DNA from: Macrostomum lignano
Lineage: Eukaryota
NCBI GenBank assembly: GCA_002269645.1
Contig: NIVC01003067.1
Coordinates: 1 to 64,000, forward strand
Length of the DNA stretch: 64,000 nt
Direction: 5' to 3'
Shown here: positions 26,026-45,300 of the stretch, piece after piece
Numbering within the stretch: position 1 is the first letter of the stretch
Layout: every line of letters begins with the position of its first letter
The notes under the pieces: model-generated
Database searches by the model: none
Told to the model about the DNA's origin: nothing
The model's input: only the letters and a program-made list of their open reading frames with translations
Position numbers and translations under genes: made by a program

Positions 26026-26926
26026 AGATCATAACGAGTTAAAAAAGCCAAAAAATCCGCACTTACTTATTTGTACTGCACCCATTGCTATAATTTGCTT
26101 GAACTTTGTCATCTATCCATGCCACCCGTACCTTATTGCCATTTCAGATCATAACGAGTTAAAAAAGCCAAAAAATCCGCACTTACTTATTTGTACTGCA
26201 CCCATTGCTATAATTTGCTTGAACTTTGTCATCTATCCATGCCACCCGTACCTTATTGCCATTTCAGATCATAACGAGTTAAAAAAGCCAAAAAATCCGC
26301 ACTTACTTATTTGTACTGCACCCATTGCTATAATTTGCTTGAACTTTGTCATCTATCCATGCCACCCGTACCTTATTGCCATTTCAGATCATAACGAGTT
26401 AAAAAAGCCAAAAAATCCGCACTTACTTATTTGTACTGCACCCATTGCTATAATTTGCTTGAACTTTGTCATCTATCCATGCCACCCGTACCTTATTGCC
26501 ATTTCAGATCATAACGAGTTAAAAAAGCCAAAAAATCCGCACTTACTTATTTGTACTGCACCCATTGCTATAATTTGCTTGAACTTTGTCATCTATCCAT
26601 GCCACCCGTACCTTATTGCCATTTCAGATCATAACGAGTTAAAAAAGCCAAAAAAATCCGCACTTACTTATTTGTACTGCACCCATTGCTATAATTTGCT
26701 TGAACTTTGTCATCTATCCATGCCACCCGTACCTTATTGCCATTTCAGATCAAAACGAGTTAAAAAAGCCAAAAAAATCCGCACTTACTTATTTGTACTG
26801 CACCCATTGCTATAATTTGCTTGAACTTTGTCATCTATCCATGCCACCCGTACCTTATTGCCATTTCAGATCATAACGAGTTAAAAAAGCCAAAAAAATC
26901 CGCACTTACTTATTTGTACTGCACCC
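26025..26926. repeat. 120-bp tandem array (~7.5 copies) interrupting the transposase
   Basis: Period 120 (26026/26146/26266...). The first ~5 copies look identical; later ones carry 1-bp indels. Confidence 0.97.
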
Positions 26927-27859
26927 AATATAGCCCTGGAGCATATTTAAGAATCACCGTGCACATTTCTTGCCAGATATTACACTTTGTTTTACGCTCA
27001 AATTTGGGATGGGGGGGTTCATTTCGTCGCACTTACAGAGCAAACAGCCTTTACTTGGGCTAGTCACTGCATGTATGTGTGACTCAGTGCACTTCTGCCT
27101 CCGTAATTCATCATCATCCCATCATCCCCATCATTATGCATGATATTATATGAGCTACGTATACGAGCTATTAAAATGCAGATATGAGATACCTTTTGCA
27201 CCCAAGTTCGCAGAACAGCTAGGCCTGATGAAAGATTTCATAGAAAAACAATTTTTTCATTGCTACAAACTGTTGTCAATACCTTGGTATCTAGAAATAA
27301 TATGAAATATCGTGAATGGGTGGCAACTGATACAGTGTTTTTATTTTTGATTTCCACTTCTATTGAGTTCACATATGAGCCGTATTATTTTGTTTAAATT
27401 GAATACAAAAGGTAGGCGGGGTTGCTTTCAATTCAAGCTTGAATGAGCAAAGACTTAATTTATGGTCACGGATCGTTACACTCAAGCCAACCCTAGAGCA
27501 ACTTTTTTTCAATTGTGGCCTGTACTGATACAATATGATTAGAAGTCATAAATAGTCTAAATAACTGACTGGCTTGCGTGGAGATAAAAATCTATCTATA
27601 TAAAACAGCTCACCTCAAATCAGCCATATCGTTATTTTTCGTTGCAATCTTTTTTCAGTTTTAACATTTTTAGCCAACTGCTATGGTTGGTAACCATGAT
27701 AAAAATTTGGCTTGTAAATAAATAACTCAATATAGTGACTTTGCATGCAGCACTTAGCATGAAGCCTCAGATTTATTTATGTAAATATCATTTGTACTCT
27801 TTATGCACTGCGGCAAATTTGCACAGATATGAGATGCATGTATTTTTCAGCAAGTACTG

Positions 27860-30630
27860 ATACCCAAGAGACGCAAGGCTTCAATCAAAGTCTGACAATT
27901 CTGAAATCTCGTCAAATTAAGCCAAACCTCTAAATACATGTACAGACACAAGTCTGATACAAACAGAAGAGAGAAGAGATCAGATAGGAGAGATGAAAGA
28001 GGAGAAAGGAGAGATGAGAAAGCAGAGACGAGAAATGAGACAGTAGAGCTAGAACAGAGGAGAGAGGAGAGGGAAGAGATTATAGAGACGAGTGGAGAGA
28101 GAAGAGAAATATGTGAGAGCAGACATGAGAGACAATGGAGAGAAGTGGAGTGAAGGAGAAAGGAGAATAAAGGGGGAGAATCGAGAGGACAGGAAGAGAG
28201 GGGAAGGGAGAGAAGAGAGATGAGAGGAAATAGAAGAATGGAGAAGGGAGAGAGTAGAAAGGAGAAGAGAGATGGGAGAGCAGGAGAGATGAGAGGGAGG
28301 AGAGAGTAGAGAGGGGAGGTGAAAGAGTAAAGGGGAGAAAGTTGAGAGAAGAGTTGGGAGAGTTGGGAAAAAAGAGGAGAGATGTTAAAGGAGAGTACAG
28401 ATGAGAGATGAGAGAGAGGAGATAAGACAGGAAATAAATAATAGGAGAGAGGGTCGAGATGATAGAGGAGAGAGAATTGAGAATTTCGCACTGACCTACG
28501 AGGTGCGAACAAACACGAGAAATCAAACTGAAATGTGCTAATTTTAACAGTCCCAGACTTCCATTGTTCCTACAAAATTTTAAACAGCGGGGCAGGACCT
28601 CCTGCGGGGCAGACCCATGGAAATTTTTCCGGTTTCCAAGATAATAATTGACTTATAGGGAATAAACACATACCGTACGAGCTCAAATTTGAGCTCAAAG
28701 TTCGAGCTCAAATCCTAGATATTTAAACATCGCCACATGAGCACGGAGTCACAACATAGTTTGAATATGATGGAAAGCGCACGTAAATAAGCGAAAAGCG
28801 GTATCCAACGGGGCAACACGAGCAATCTTTCAATACGCTAATTGGGAGGGGATTAAGCAATCACGGGCTGACTACCATTCTGCCACTCAGCGGGGGTCGA
28901 ACGGGAGAGTAACTCCTAATAAATAAATTTTCTCAGTCCTATAATCTTTAATGACATGACACGGCCTTCACACATGGGGCTCCAAGGCCTCCACGCTCCT
29001 TCCAGTGATTTTTTTAGAATAGTCTTTGGCTCTTAGCAAAGACAGCGCACTGCCCCCATCCACCAGAAGGTGGGTGGGCACATTCTTGATAGGATACTCT
29101 ACAACAATATCTCTCCCGCGTTGCCTTCTAGCTGGCCTCAGCTGGTACAAGTCGGGCACTTTTTCAAACATAGGCTTCTTTCCTATGTTTGCTATCTATC
29201 TTTTCTATCTTTCCTTCTTTCCTAAGGGGAGAGAGTGGAGACCAGAGATAAATGAGAAGAGAGAGCAAAGATGAAAGAGAAGAAAGGTGAGGGAAGATCG
29301 ACGAGAGAAGATGGGAGAGAGGAGATAGGAAAGAAGAGAAGAGAAGAGAGAGAGAGAGAAGAGAGAGAGAGGAAACAAAAGAGAAGATAGAGTTTCAAAG
29401 GATCCGAGGGACATAGAGAGAGACAGGAGGCCAGAGATTTTGCCGATACATGTTTTCAAAAGACAAGCTTTTGTTTGAATATGACTTCAGATTTTAGAAC
29501 TAGATATAAGCTGAGCTGAGAGAGAAGATGAAAGTAGAGGCTGAGAGTAGAGAGAGGCTGAGAGCAGAGAGGGGCTGAGAGCAGAGAGGGGCTCAGAGCA
29601 GAGAGGGGCTGAGAGTAGAGAGGGGCTGGGGATAGAGGTTGAGAGTGGATAGAGGCTGAGAGTAGAGAGAGGCTGAGAGTGGAGAGGCTGAGAATAGAGA
29701 GGTTGAGAGTAAATAGAGGCTGAGAGTAGAGAGGTTCAGAGTAGAGAGGCTAGTTCACGTTGTTCTCAATCCCATTCCACTATACATGTAGTTTTTATCT
29801 AATGTGACTAAGCCAGGTGCTTTTAGTGCAGGGGTTGGCAAACTTTTTACCTCGATTGAGAACCCAGCTCATGACTGCCCTTCTAGTCCGCTTCGTTGGC
29901 CCCCAAAGCGAAGCGAGGAGTCCTGATGACAGAGCGGGCCAGAGGTGAGGAGAGAGGTAAGGAATAGAGAAGAGAAATACAAGCATAGGATAAACGAGAG
30001 GCGAAGGAATAAAGGAGAAGAGAGTTGATGAGAGGAGAGATTATATACGAGCGGAGAGAGAGGAGAAGGGAGATTAATGGAGAGGAGAAAGGAGGGAAGG
30101 GAGAAGAAAATGAAGAGGAAAAGGGAGATGAATGATGATAGCAAAGAGGTGAGAAGAGAGGAGAGGATAGACATGAGGAGAAAGGAGAGGAGAGAGGTGA
30201 GGGCAGAGATGAGAGAGGAGAGGGCAGAGATGAGAGAGAGAAAAGATGAGAGGAGAGGGCAGACATGAGAGAGAAAAGATGAGAGAAGAGGGCAGACATG
30301 AGAGAGAGAATAGATTAGAGAGAGGGCAAGAGATGAGAGGAGAGGGCAGAGATGAGAGGAGAGGGCAGAGATGAGAGAGAGAAAGATGATACAGGAGAGG
30401 GCAGAGATGAGAGAAAGAAAGATGATACAGGAGAGGGCAGAGATGAGAGAGAAAAGAGAGAAGAGGGCAGACATGAGAGAGAATAGATAAGAGAGAAGAG
30501 GGCAAGAGATGAGAGAGGAGAGGGCAGAGATGAGAGAGAGAAAAGATTAGAGACGAGAGGGCAGAAATGACAGAGAAAAGAAAAGAGACGAGAGTGCAGA
30601 GATGAGAGAAAAGATGAGAGACAAGAGGCA
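27860..30630. repeat. Several GA-rich low-complexity and minisatellite blocks inside the MULE
   Basis: Blocks at 27960-28480, 29230-29420, 29510-29750 and 29940-30630. Confidence 0.85.
28968..29171 (-). pseudogene. Retropepsin-like (LTR retroelement protease) fragment inside the MULE
   Basis: PTHLLVDGGSALSLL resembles the retroviral aspartic protease motif LVDxGSxxSL. Confidence 0.4.
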
Positions 30631-31105
30631 CTCCAATTTTTGCTTACTTCTATCATAACTAATACCTTTACCCTCTACCTTTAACTTTTAACATATACAA
30701 ACAACACGTCAGTTTTAGTATATTGAGATACGTTTGAAACTATTATCCATGATACAAAAATCAAATGTCTTGTGCTAGTAGTGCTACTAGCTTTAGTAGG
30801 TAGTAATACCTGCTATAAAGGGAAGTGTTTTTTGTTTTACTTAGTCTAATTTCACTAACGAAATCTGTCTTCTCCGAGACTTAAAGCTACGTCATACCCC
30901 ACCCCAATCACAGCCAATAGGAAATGAGGAAATATATAGACCTATTCCTATCCAAGCAGCCATTCAAAGCTGTGGCCATCTTGGTGTGTGGCCATCTTGG
31001 TCATGTGCCATTAAATGCTTGCTAAGCCAAAATGCATGCTAGATTCTGGCATGAATAATGTCTTTTGGAATATATAGAATTGGAGTAGATCTAGCTTATC
31101 TAATT

Positions 31106-31709
31106 GGTTCCAGGTCATTTTGTAAAATACCATTTCATCAAAAGCTTTTTTGTCAAACAGTAAATTGGTCATTTCGTCAAACAGTAGATAAAATAGAGCC
31201 CACTGTAATTAATTTTTAAATAATTTAATTAGTTTTTTTAAATAAATAATTTAATGTCAAGATAAATCTATATCAAAAGGACATCACTACCTTTTGTTTA
31301 AGTGAAGGGTTTCTAAGAATGAAACATAAAAAAGGATAACCCTAATCTTAACTTTTAATTTTTCCCTTTACATCTTGATTCTTAGCTTTGTGAAATTATG
31401 CTCTTATTATATTATTTCATTCATATTAGTACCAAGAATGGTACAACTGCATGGTTTTTATATTTTATTATGCAATTATGAGTAATCTGACTAGCTAACT
31501 ACTACGATTTGTGCCTTTTCTTAGAAACATTATTTTAAACAAGCAGTATACTTCTTTTTTAATGCTGACCTATTGAGTATACATGCGACTAATCTAGAGT
31601 AACTTCAATTTACATTTGAAACTAGGCACACACTTTGACGAACTAACCAAGTGACTATTTGACAAAAAGGCTTTTGACAAAAAGGTTTTTGATGAAATGA
31701 CCAATCACC
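31106..31709. mobile_element. Non-autonomous TIR element (MULE-like MITE)
   Basis: Ends GGTTCCAGGTCATTT...AAATGACCAATCACC with inverted subterminal GTCAAA/TTTGAC arrays; flanked by ATCTAATT and ATCTAATC (7/8 match). Confidence 0.7.
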
Positions 31710-33334
31710 ATCTAATCCTAATTAACTATAATATAGGCCTAGTCTTAATGACAATAATGATTTTAGATAATGGTAGAAAATGTGCAAAATATAGTAAGAA
31801 ATTCTACAAAAAAATCAATATAAAAAATATAGAAGGTTATAGAAGTGAGGAAAAGTAATACAAAACTCTTATTATTCTATTACCCTGAAAAAATTCCATT
31901 AGGCCTGCTAACACTAATACTAGGCCTACAGATCAATGGGCCATTTATTAATAATAATAGAATGCCCAACACTGTGCTGTGTGCATTCTAGATACATTAT
32001 CTCCATTGAGGCAATAATAGGCCTATTGTCATAGGCTACTTATAAATTTTAATTGATACTTGTAGTAATGAAAACGATTATCCTAATTATATGCTTCCAT
32101 GCTAGCATTGAGATAGGTGTAGTGTTCAGTCGTTTTTATAGGTGATATGTATGGTGACATTCTAAAAAAATCTTTATTTTAAAAATCAATAATATGAATA
32201 TGAATATGAGCAATATGAAACTATTATGTGACAATGTCATTTCGTCCGCGTTTCAGCACTGTACACAAAAACTGGGCAGGTAAGGCAAGCTTGCAGGCAT
32301 TGCATGTGCCACGTAAAAAAAAGATGTTGTTGTTGACCAGCCGTCGCGGCCGCGTGGGTAACAAATTCGAAAATTGGAATTTAGTTTAGAATCTTTCTAC
32401 GAAATGAAGCGGCTTAACGATGTGTGTTTATTTCATTCTTGAAAATTATCTGCAAAGTGTTTTTTTGAACCCAAAAGTACTTAAAGTTTTTATATTTTTA
32501 CGTAAAATTGAGCTAAAAATGAAACTATTTTTATCTATGGAAAACAAACTAACATTTCAACTGGTGCAACATTGAATATTTTAAATTTCTGATGCCGGAC
32601 TGGCGGACTCTGTCTGGGATTGAGACTAGTCTTTTACCTATGCTTGGCTTTTATATTCGTTTATAAGTTAAAAACGAAGCCCACAAGAAGTAAGCAACCT
32701 TTTTCTCTATTGATAAGGGGTCCATTTTTTCCTAGATTAATGATGTGCTTCTTTCTCTGTGCGACGGTACGAGTACAGCTTCAGCTTTATATTAATGCGT
32801 TTGCATCCACTCAAATACTTCTAATGTTTAAAAAGCTTTTATGAGTGTTATTCCTTTTCTGAATTTAAAGTAGGTTTCCTTGATTGAGGGCTAGGAATGA
32901 TCCGTTCTCTGTATACTCGTATCGTATGTCATTTAAGGATGAGTGGATGACTTAACGGACCTGAAACTTCGTTTCTTAAAAAAACATTTTGATGGTTGAA
33001 TTTTGCGCAAAAAATACGCAGCGGCAACAGGAACTTACGTTAGTAAGTTTGCAATAACTGTTTATTTTCGGCGCTAAAATAGAAATAGTTTTATCTTGGA
33101 GGCAGATCGAATGTTCAAGCATAACACTCCTGTTTGATTGCTCCATTGATTTTGTAACGAATGATGCTTAAAAAGCGACGTTTCCTGTCCTTCTGCTTAG
33201 TCTTAGGTCGTCCTTGATACCATCAATGTTAATTTTTATTATAGCTTTTCAAAATTTTTCATTTCTTCAAAGGTTGAGCTGAGCTGTTAAGCTTGTTTTA
33301 CAATTTTGTTAGAGCTGTTGAGTAGTAGTTTTAC

Positions 33335-33506
33335 CAGGAGATGATCCAGGGGGTGGTCAAGGGGGCCATGCCCCCTCAGCCGTCGCCAAAAAATTGGGCC
33401 ATACTTTTTGGCTGGTAACTATCCAAGGCATTTTTTTTTATTTTGGGTAGTAATTGCGTGGTTTAGATTACCCCCACCCTTCAAAAATTTTCCGGATCCG
33501 CCCCTG
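33335..33506. mobile_element. Short hAT-type MITE (172 bp)
   Basis: CAGGAGATGATCC...GGATCCGCCCCTG; perfect 8-bp TSD AGTTTTAC at 33327-33334 and 33507-33514. Confidence 0.88.
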
Positions 33507-34561
33507 AGTTTTACTTCACTTGCCCTGTTCTAATTTTTAATGATTTGATTTGAATTCATTTGATTAATCTTTATATTTGTAGGTCCCTATATTAAAACTA
33601 ACAGTGAGTGTGAAACAGAAATGTTGAATTTGATTTTTTGCTTAGTAGTTCATCTTGTAAAATATTTTGTTTAGCAAAATTCAATCTAGTACACCTATAT
33701 GACATTCTTCAGCAAAAATATGCAAAGTGAGCGCAAGTCAAGTGAACACTTTGTCAACCATCAAACTTTGGAAGAGCCAAGCAAGCGCAGGTTTGTGTTG
33801 CTCACATCGAGTCAAATTCACAGCTCCCTCTTGGTTGCAAAATTATGCTGCTCACGGAAAAGCACTAGCTTGTTCATCTCGCATGGTGTGCTATATGTTA
33901 AATGTTTTCTTTTTGGTGATTGGGAAGTATGCTAGTATTTACTGTCTCGATCAATGCTACTTTACTGAACGTCTTTTGCACTTCACTGCATGTATAGAGA
34001 CGCTGCTCATGGACAATATTAGACCTATAATATAGCACAATTACTATTATTGTCAAAGCTACACTTAGCTCAAATCAAAGGTTTGACCGAAAGGACGACT
34101 AAATTGAATGTAGAATGTGATTGGTCAGCATTTTGATGTTCACTAAAGAACCATAAAATTGTAGCAGTTTGAATTACGGGGATACTGCATGTTCAAATAT
34201 CCAGTATTATCTGATTGAAGTAGTATAACTGGGGATGTGAAACCATGTTTGCTTCTTTATTTTGTTTAGCTACTTTAAATTTCATCGCGCAAAAAAATAT
34301 CGCTGTTAGATACGAGCTGGGCGTGTATCCTACGCTGGTTGGATTTTTCCTTCCCATGCATGGCTTTGCTCGCATATAGGCTATTAATTAATCCAATTGA
34401 CTCGGCAAATACACCTGAGACTCCCTATCACCTGATTATTGAATTCAGGTCTTCCTGCCGGCATTTGGATGGATGCATAGAAGGAATATATCCAATTCTA
34501 ATGTGACAATAGAGCTCAGATTCAGAATAGCCAACCCAATTGCTAGGGGTGTTGCTATGGT

Positions 34562-34695
<134 letters not shown>

Positions 34696-35413
34696 CTCCC
34701 CAGCTGCTCTTATGTTTCAGCCATTTCATCCCTTCTCCTCCCTCCGCTCTGTGAGCAAAACGGTTGTGCAGCAGGCTTGCTACATTCCAAGTCTTTCCCA
34801 ATCGTTAGTTCTCGTCTCCGCACCGATTCCCCATCAACTGTTCCTTTCCATCGCCCATCCCAAAACCCCTTTGGGTAAACGCTTCTTTTATAAACTATAA
34901 CGACATTGCGGAGCCGAGAGCGCTACTCCAAAACAATCGACAAGCGGAACTCGCATGCCTTTCATGCTTTGGTATTTTTTCGCTAGTCTACGAGGAAGAC
35001 TAAGACAGAATGTAACGGTCCTCCGGCTCAATAGCTCGTAGTAACTATATAATATAGTTTCTATTAAGTATACTAAATGACATTCTACTATCAGGCACCT
35101 CAAGCTGTCGACCTCGGCGGTGAGAATTTTTACACACAATGCGCATAAAGGGTTTTAAACTTTGTACACTTCATATTAGTTCAAATTATGCTGCATACTT
35201 ATTTATTTAGGGTGCACCGCAAGACTTTATGGGCCATGTTCTTTTTATTAGCTACGAACAAATATAACGGCTGAGGCAACTGTTGTACTTTAATAGCACA
35301 TTAGTATTGAATGCTTAGCCAAATATGGTGATAGCAGCCACAATTTGTACTTGAGTAGTTAAGAAACCCGAAGATCTCTTAAACTCAATTGCACTAAATT
35401 CAATCTCCCACAG

Positions 35414-41633
<6,220 letters not shown>

Positions 41634-42378
41634 GAATGTGGGAGCTACATCCTAAAATCCGAAACAGACATACATTATTTACATTTACAGTCATACGATA
41701 TTTAGCTTTTTGCAATCCTTTGTGCAATAGAAGCGATCTATTTTTGCGGCTCTATAAAAAAGCATATTGATTTTATGGTTATTTAGCTAAACAAAATATT
41801 TGAGGCAGCCAAAATTTTTCTGATTATTTTGCTGTCACAAATCTTTACAAATGTAAGTGTAAATATATTTGCTTTTATGCTATAATTCGTCCTTTTCGTC
41901 ATAATATACGGGTATTTAATGTACTGAATATATCTGATATTGATCACTAATTGCAATACGAGGACTGCACTGTAGTAACAATACTGTAGTTAACTATATG
42001 TAGTATATACATAATTTTACTGGCTGTTGTCCTTGGTGCAATATTATAAATTTGAAAGAAAGATTAAATATTTTGATTTTAAATGTTATCTTGATATCTA
42101 TATTTTTACGACTATTTACGGAAGTTTAGTTGGTTTTTTAATAATGCTTTGTTATAATATTTTAGTCTCAGTAGGTGTACTTACTTATCAGTCTTTTCTT
42201 TTATTTATTCGTTTGTTTATTATATTTAGTCGGATGAACATATTTTAGCTGCATTCACGTACCTACCCAACTAGTTTTTATACATCTACTTTATATGTGC
42301 ATCGTTACGAAGTTTAGTTTCTTGCATTAGCTAATCTGTTTGTTATAATAAATGTTGTACACCGGTACATTTACTATC

Positions 42379-45300
42379 TGTTGTGTATGAGTGTGCATAT
42401 GCATGTGTGTGACACTGAAGCTTGGGCTATACTCGTATGAATATTACTGTCTATGGTATAAATACACGTGACGGCCTAGAGAGACGGCCATGCCCTCTGA
42501 GCTTTAGTTTCATCAGACCGCGCGCTATAGAAGATATAACCCTCTCGGCTTCGCGATATATAACATGGCGTCGCAAGCAGCCAGAGAAGAAGCCCACGAA
42601 TAAGAAGTCAAGGCTAAGCAAGAGCAAGATTGCAGAGCTGCAATTGTTCTGGGGCGTTCCTGTAGAAATGCCTCCAAAGCCGAAAATTGACTTAAAAAGC
42701 GCTCCACACTTCGACCTCGAATCTCAGAAGGCCGTATTCCCACAATGGAAGCAGTTGTGGGAGGCTTTTGAGGAACTATCAGGCCTGAACGACATCGAGC
42801 AAGAGGCCGAGAAGAAGAAGTTCCAACTCTTCGCTTTGCGACACTGCCTGAGTCTGGAGACCCTACGAGTGGTGGACAGCTTACCTCAGCTACTAGGAAA
42901 GGATAAAGACGACGCCAAGGAGATCATCAAGGCCCTGGAAGCATTCATCACCGAGCAGAAGAACGAGATATTCGAGAGGAGGGAATTCTGGCTACGAAAT
43001 CAAGCAGAAGGTGAGAGCTTCAATGATTGGTACGTGTCCATCAAAGAAATCTCGTCCAGGTGCAACTTCGAGCGATGCTGTGACGGGTGCGCCGAATACC
43101 AGCTCAGAGACAGAATTGTCATGGGACTTCGCGACCCCAGCACTGTAGAGAAGTTGCTAGAGGAAGGCAGTGAGCTAACGCTGGAGAGAGCAAAGACCAT
43201 TTGTGAGTCGATGGAGAGTTCGAGGAAAAACTGCGCCATAATGAAGGGCGAGACACCGACCGTCTCCGCTGTGCGACACGCGTCAAGCTACCGGAAGGCC
43301 AAGCGGACTGGAGCAGCGGAGAATCGACAGGCAGGAAGACCTGTTCAACAGAGCCGGGCGAAACATCCTGGTCAAGCCTGCAAGTTCTGCGGACGAGAGC
43401 ACGAGGTCGGCAAAGAGAAATGTCCGGCCTGGGGGAAGTCGTGCACAAAGTGCGGCAAGCTCAACCATTTCGCTAAGCAGTGCAGAAGTGGACAGTCAGC
43501 CAAGCACGGCGAGAGAGTCCACTCAATTTTCGCCGCAACTGGCGCACAAGGGACCTCAGCATGCTGTGTGGAGGTAAAAATTCGCACCCCTGACGGAACA
43601 AAGACCATCGCCGCCTTACCGGACACAGGCGCTTTCATAGATGCCATCCCTGAGAGCTTGATGCCTATTGTAGGAGCAGATATGAACAACCTACATCCTT
43701 CAGACATCAAACCCAAGGCAGTCGACGGCCGGCTATTAAAAGCCAAGGGCTCGATTCAGCTGCAAGTATCCATGGGTGAAACTGAGCTGCAGCGTACGTT
43801 TCACGTCCTCAGCGAAATATCCATCATGATTCTATCAAGAGAAGCGTGTCGTGATCTGGGTATCATTCCAAGAAACTTTCCAAAGCAAATCGTGGCAAGC
43901 ATGAATCAGCACGATACCAACGCTGGCACAGAGGAGGACCTAAAAAAAGAGTTTTCGGACGTGTTCACCGGAAAAGTTGGCAGAATGGCTGGTGAGATGT
44001 TCAGAATTAAACTATCAGCGGACGCAAAGCCGTTTGCCATTTCGACCCCGAGAAGAATTGCGGAACCGCTCAAGTTACAGCTCAAGAAGGAACTGGAGGA
44101 TCTCGAGCGAGATGGGATCATAGCAAAGGTCACAGAGCCTACGGAATGGTGTGCGCCGATCACCGTGCAGCCAAAGAAAGGCCAGAGCAAGATAAGAATG
44201 TGCGTCGACCTACGGTGCTTAAACAAATACGTCATCCGAGAGCGCTACGTCAGCCAAACGCCATTTGAAGTTGTGTCAAGTGTACACAAGGGCGCCAGGT
44301 TCTTCACAACCGTTGATGCCACGAAAGGATACCACCAAGTGCCACTGGATGACGCGTCACAAATACTGACAACTTTTATCACACCATTCGGACGGTACAA
44401 GTTCCTACGTGCCCCCTTTGGACTGTCGTCCATATCGGAGCATTACAATAGGCGTGTGGATGAAGTGCTAGAGGGACTGAAGAGCACCTATCATATTGTG
44501 GACGACGTACTGCTGGCTCACGACGACTTTGACGAGCATCGCCGTGCTGTTCGTGAGTTTCTGCAGCGATGCAGGGACCGCGGCATCAGCCTGAATCCAG
44601 AGAAGTTTGTGTTTGCTCAGCCCAGTGTGACATTTGCCGGATTCCAGTTGGACTCGAAAGGATACGCTATAGACCCTGCCATAGTGAAGGCGATTCGAGA
44701 CTTCCCGAAGCCAGAAAATCTGACCGACCTCAGAGCGTTCTTCGGACTAGTGAATCAGATTGGGTTCTGTAGTGACAAGATAGCTTCCCTCGGTGAGCCG
44801 TTGAGAGAGTTGTTGAAACCGAGGAATGAGTTCATGTGGAGCTGCGAACACGAAAAAGCATTTGACAGCATGCGGAAAGAACTAAGCAATGTTCCTACAA
44901 TGGCCTACTATGACCACACGAGGCAGACAGCACTGCACACGGATGCGTCTCGACTGAAGGGGCTTGGATTCGTGCTCAAGCAAAAGCAAGACAATGGCAT
45001 TTGGAAAGTGGTTCAAGCAGGCTCGCGGTTCATTTCGGAGACAGAGAGGCGATACGCCATGATTGAACTGGAGCTGTTGGCAGTCGTATGGGCGGCAAAG
45101 AAATGTCGTCTGTTCCTCGAAGGACTGCAGAATTTTGAGATAATCATCGACCACAAGCCGTTGGAGCCGATTTTAAATAGATACACCTTGGATCAGATTG
45201 AGAATCCGAGGCTTCAGAGGTTGCGACAGAAACTGGATTGCTTCCAGTACACGGCTCGATGGGTGAAAGGCAGTGACCACAAGGCCGCCGATGCCTTGTC

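Larger units (their letters stand above)
24273..31009 (+). mobile_element. Mutator-like (MULE) DNA transposon, 6.7 kb, truncated transposase plus cargo
   Basis: Inverted GACCAAGATGGCCACACACCAAGATGGCCACAGCT at 24280-24314 and 30968-31002; GG...CC termini; 8-bp TSD ATTAAATG at 24265-24272 and 31010-31017; internal MULE ORF. Confidence 0.85.

Noticed and set aside
34095-34200. PHD finger remnant (IEC..C..W.H..C)
   Set aside because: Needs several frameshifts; too weak to call.
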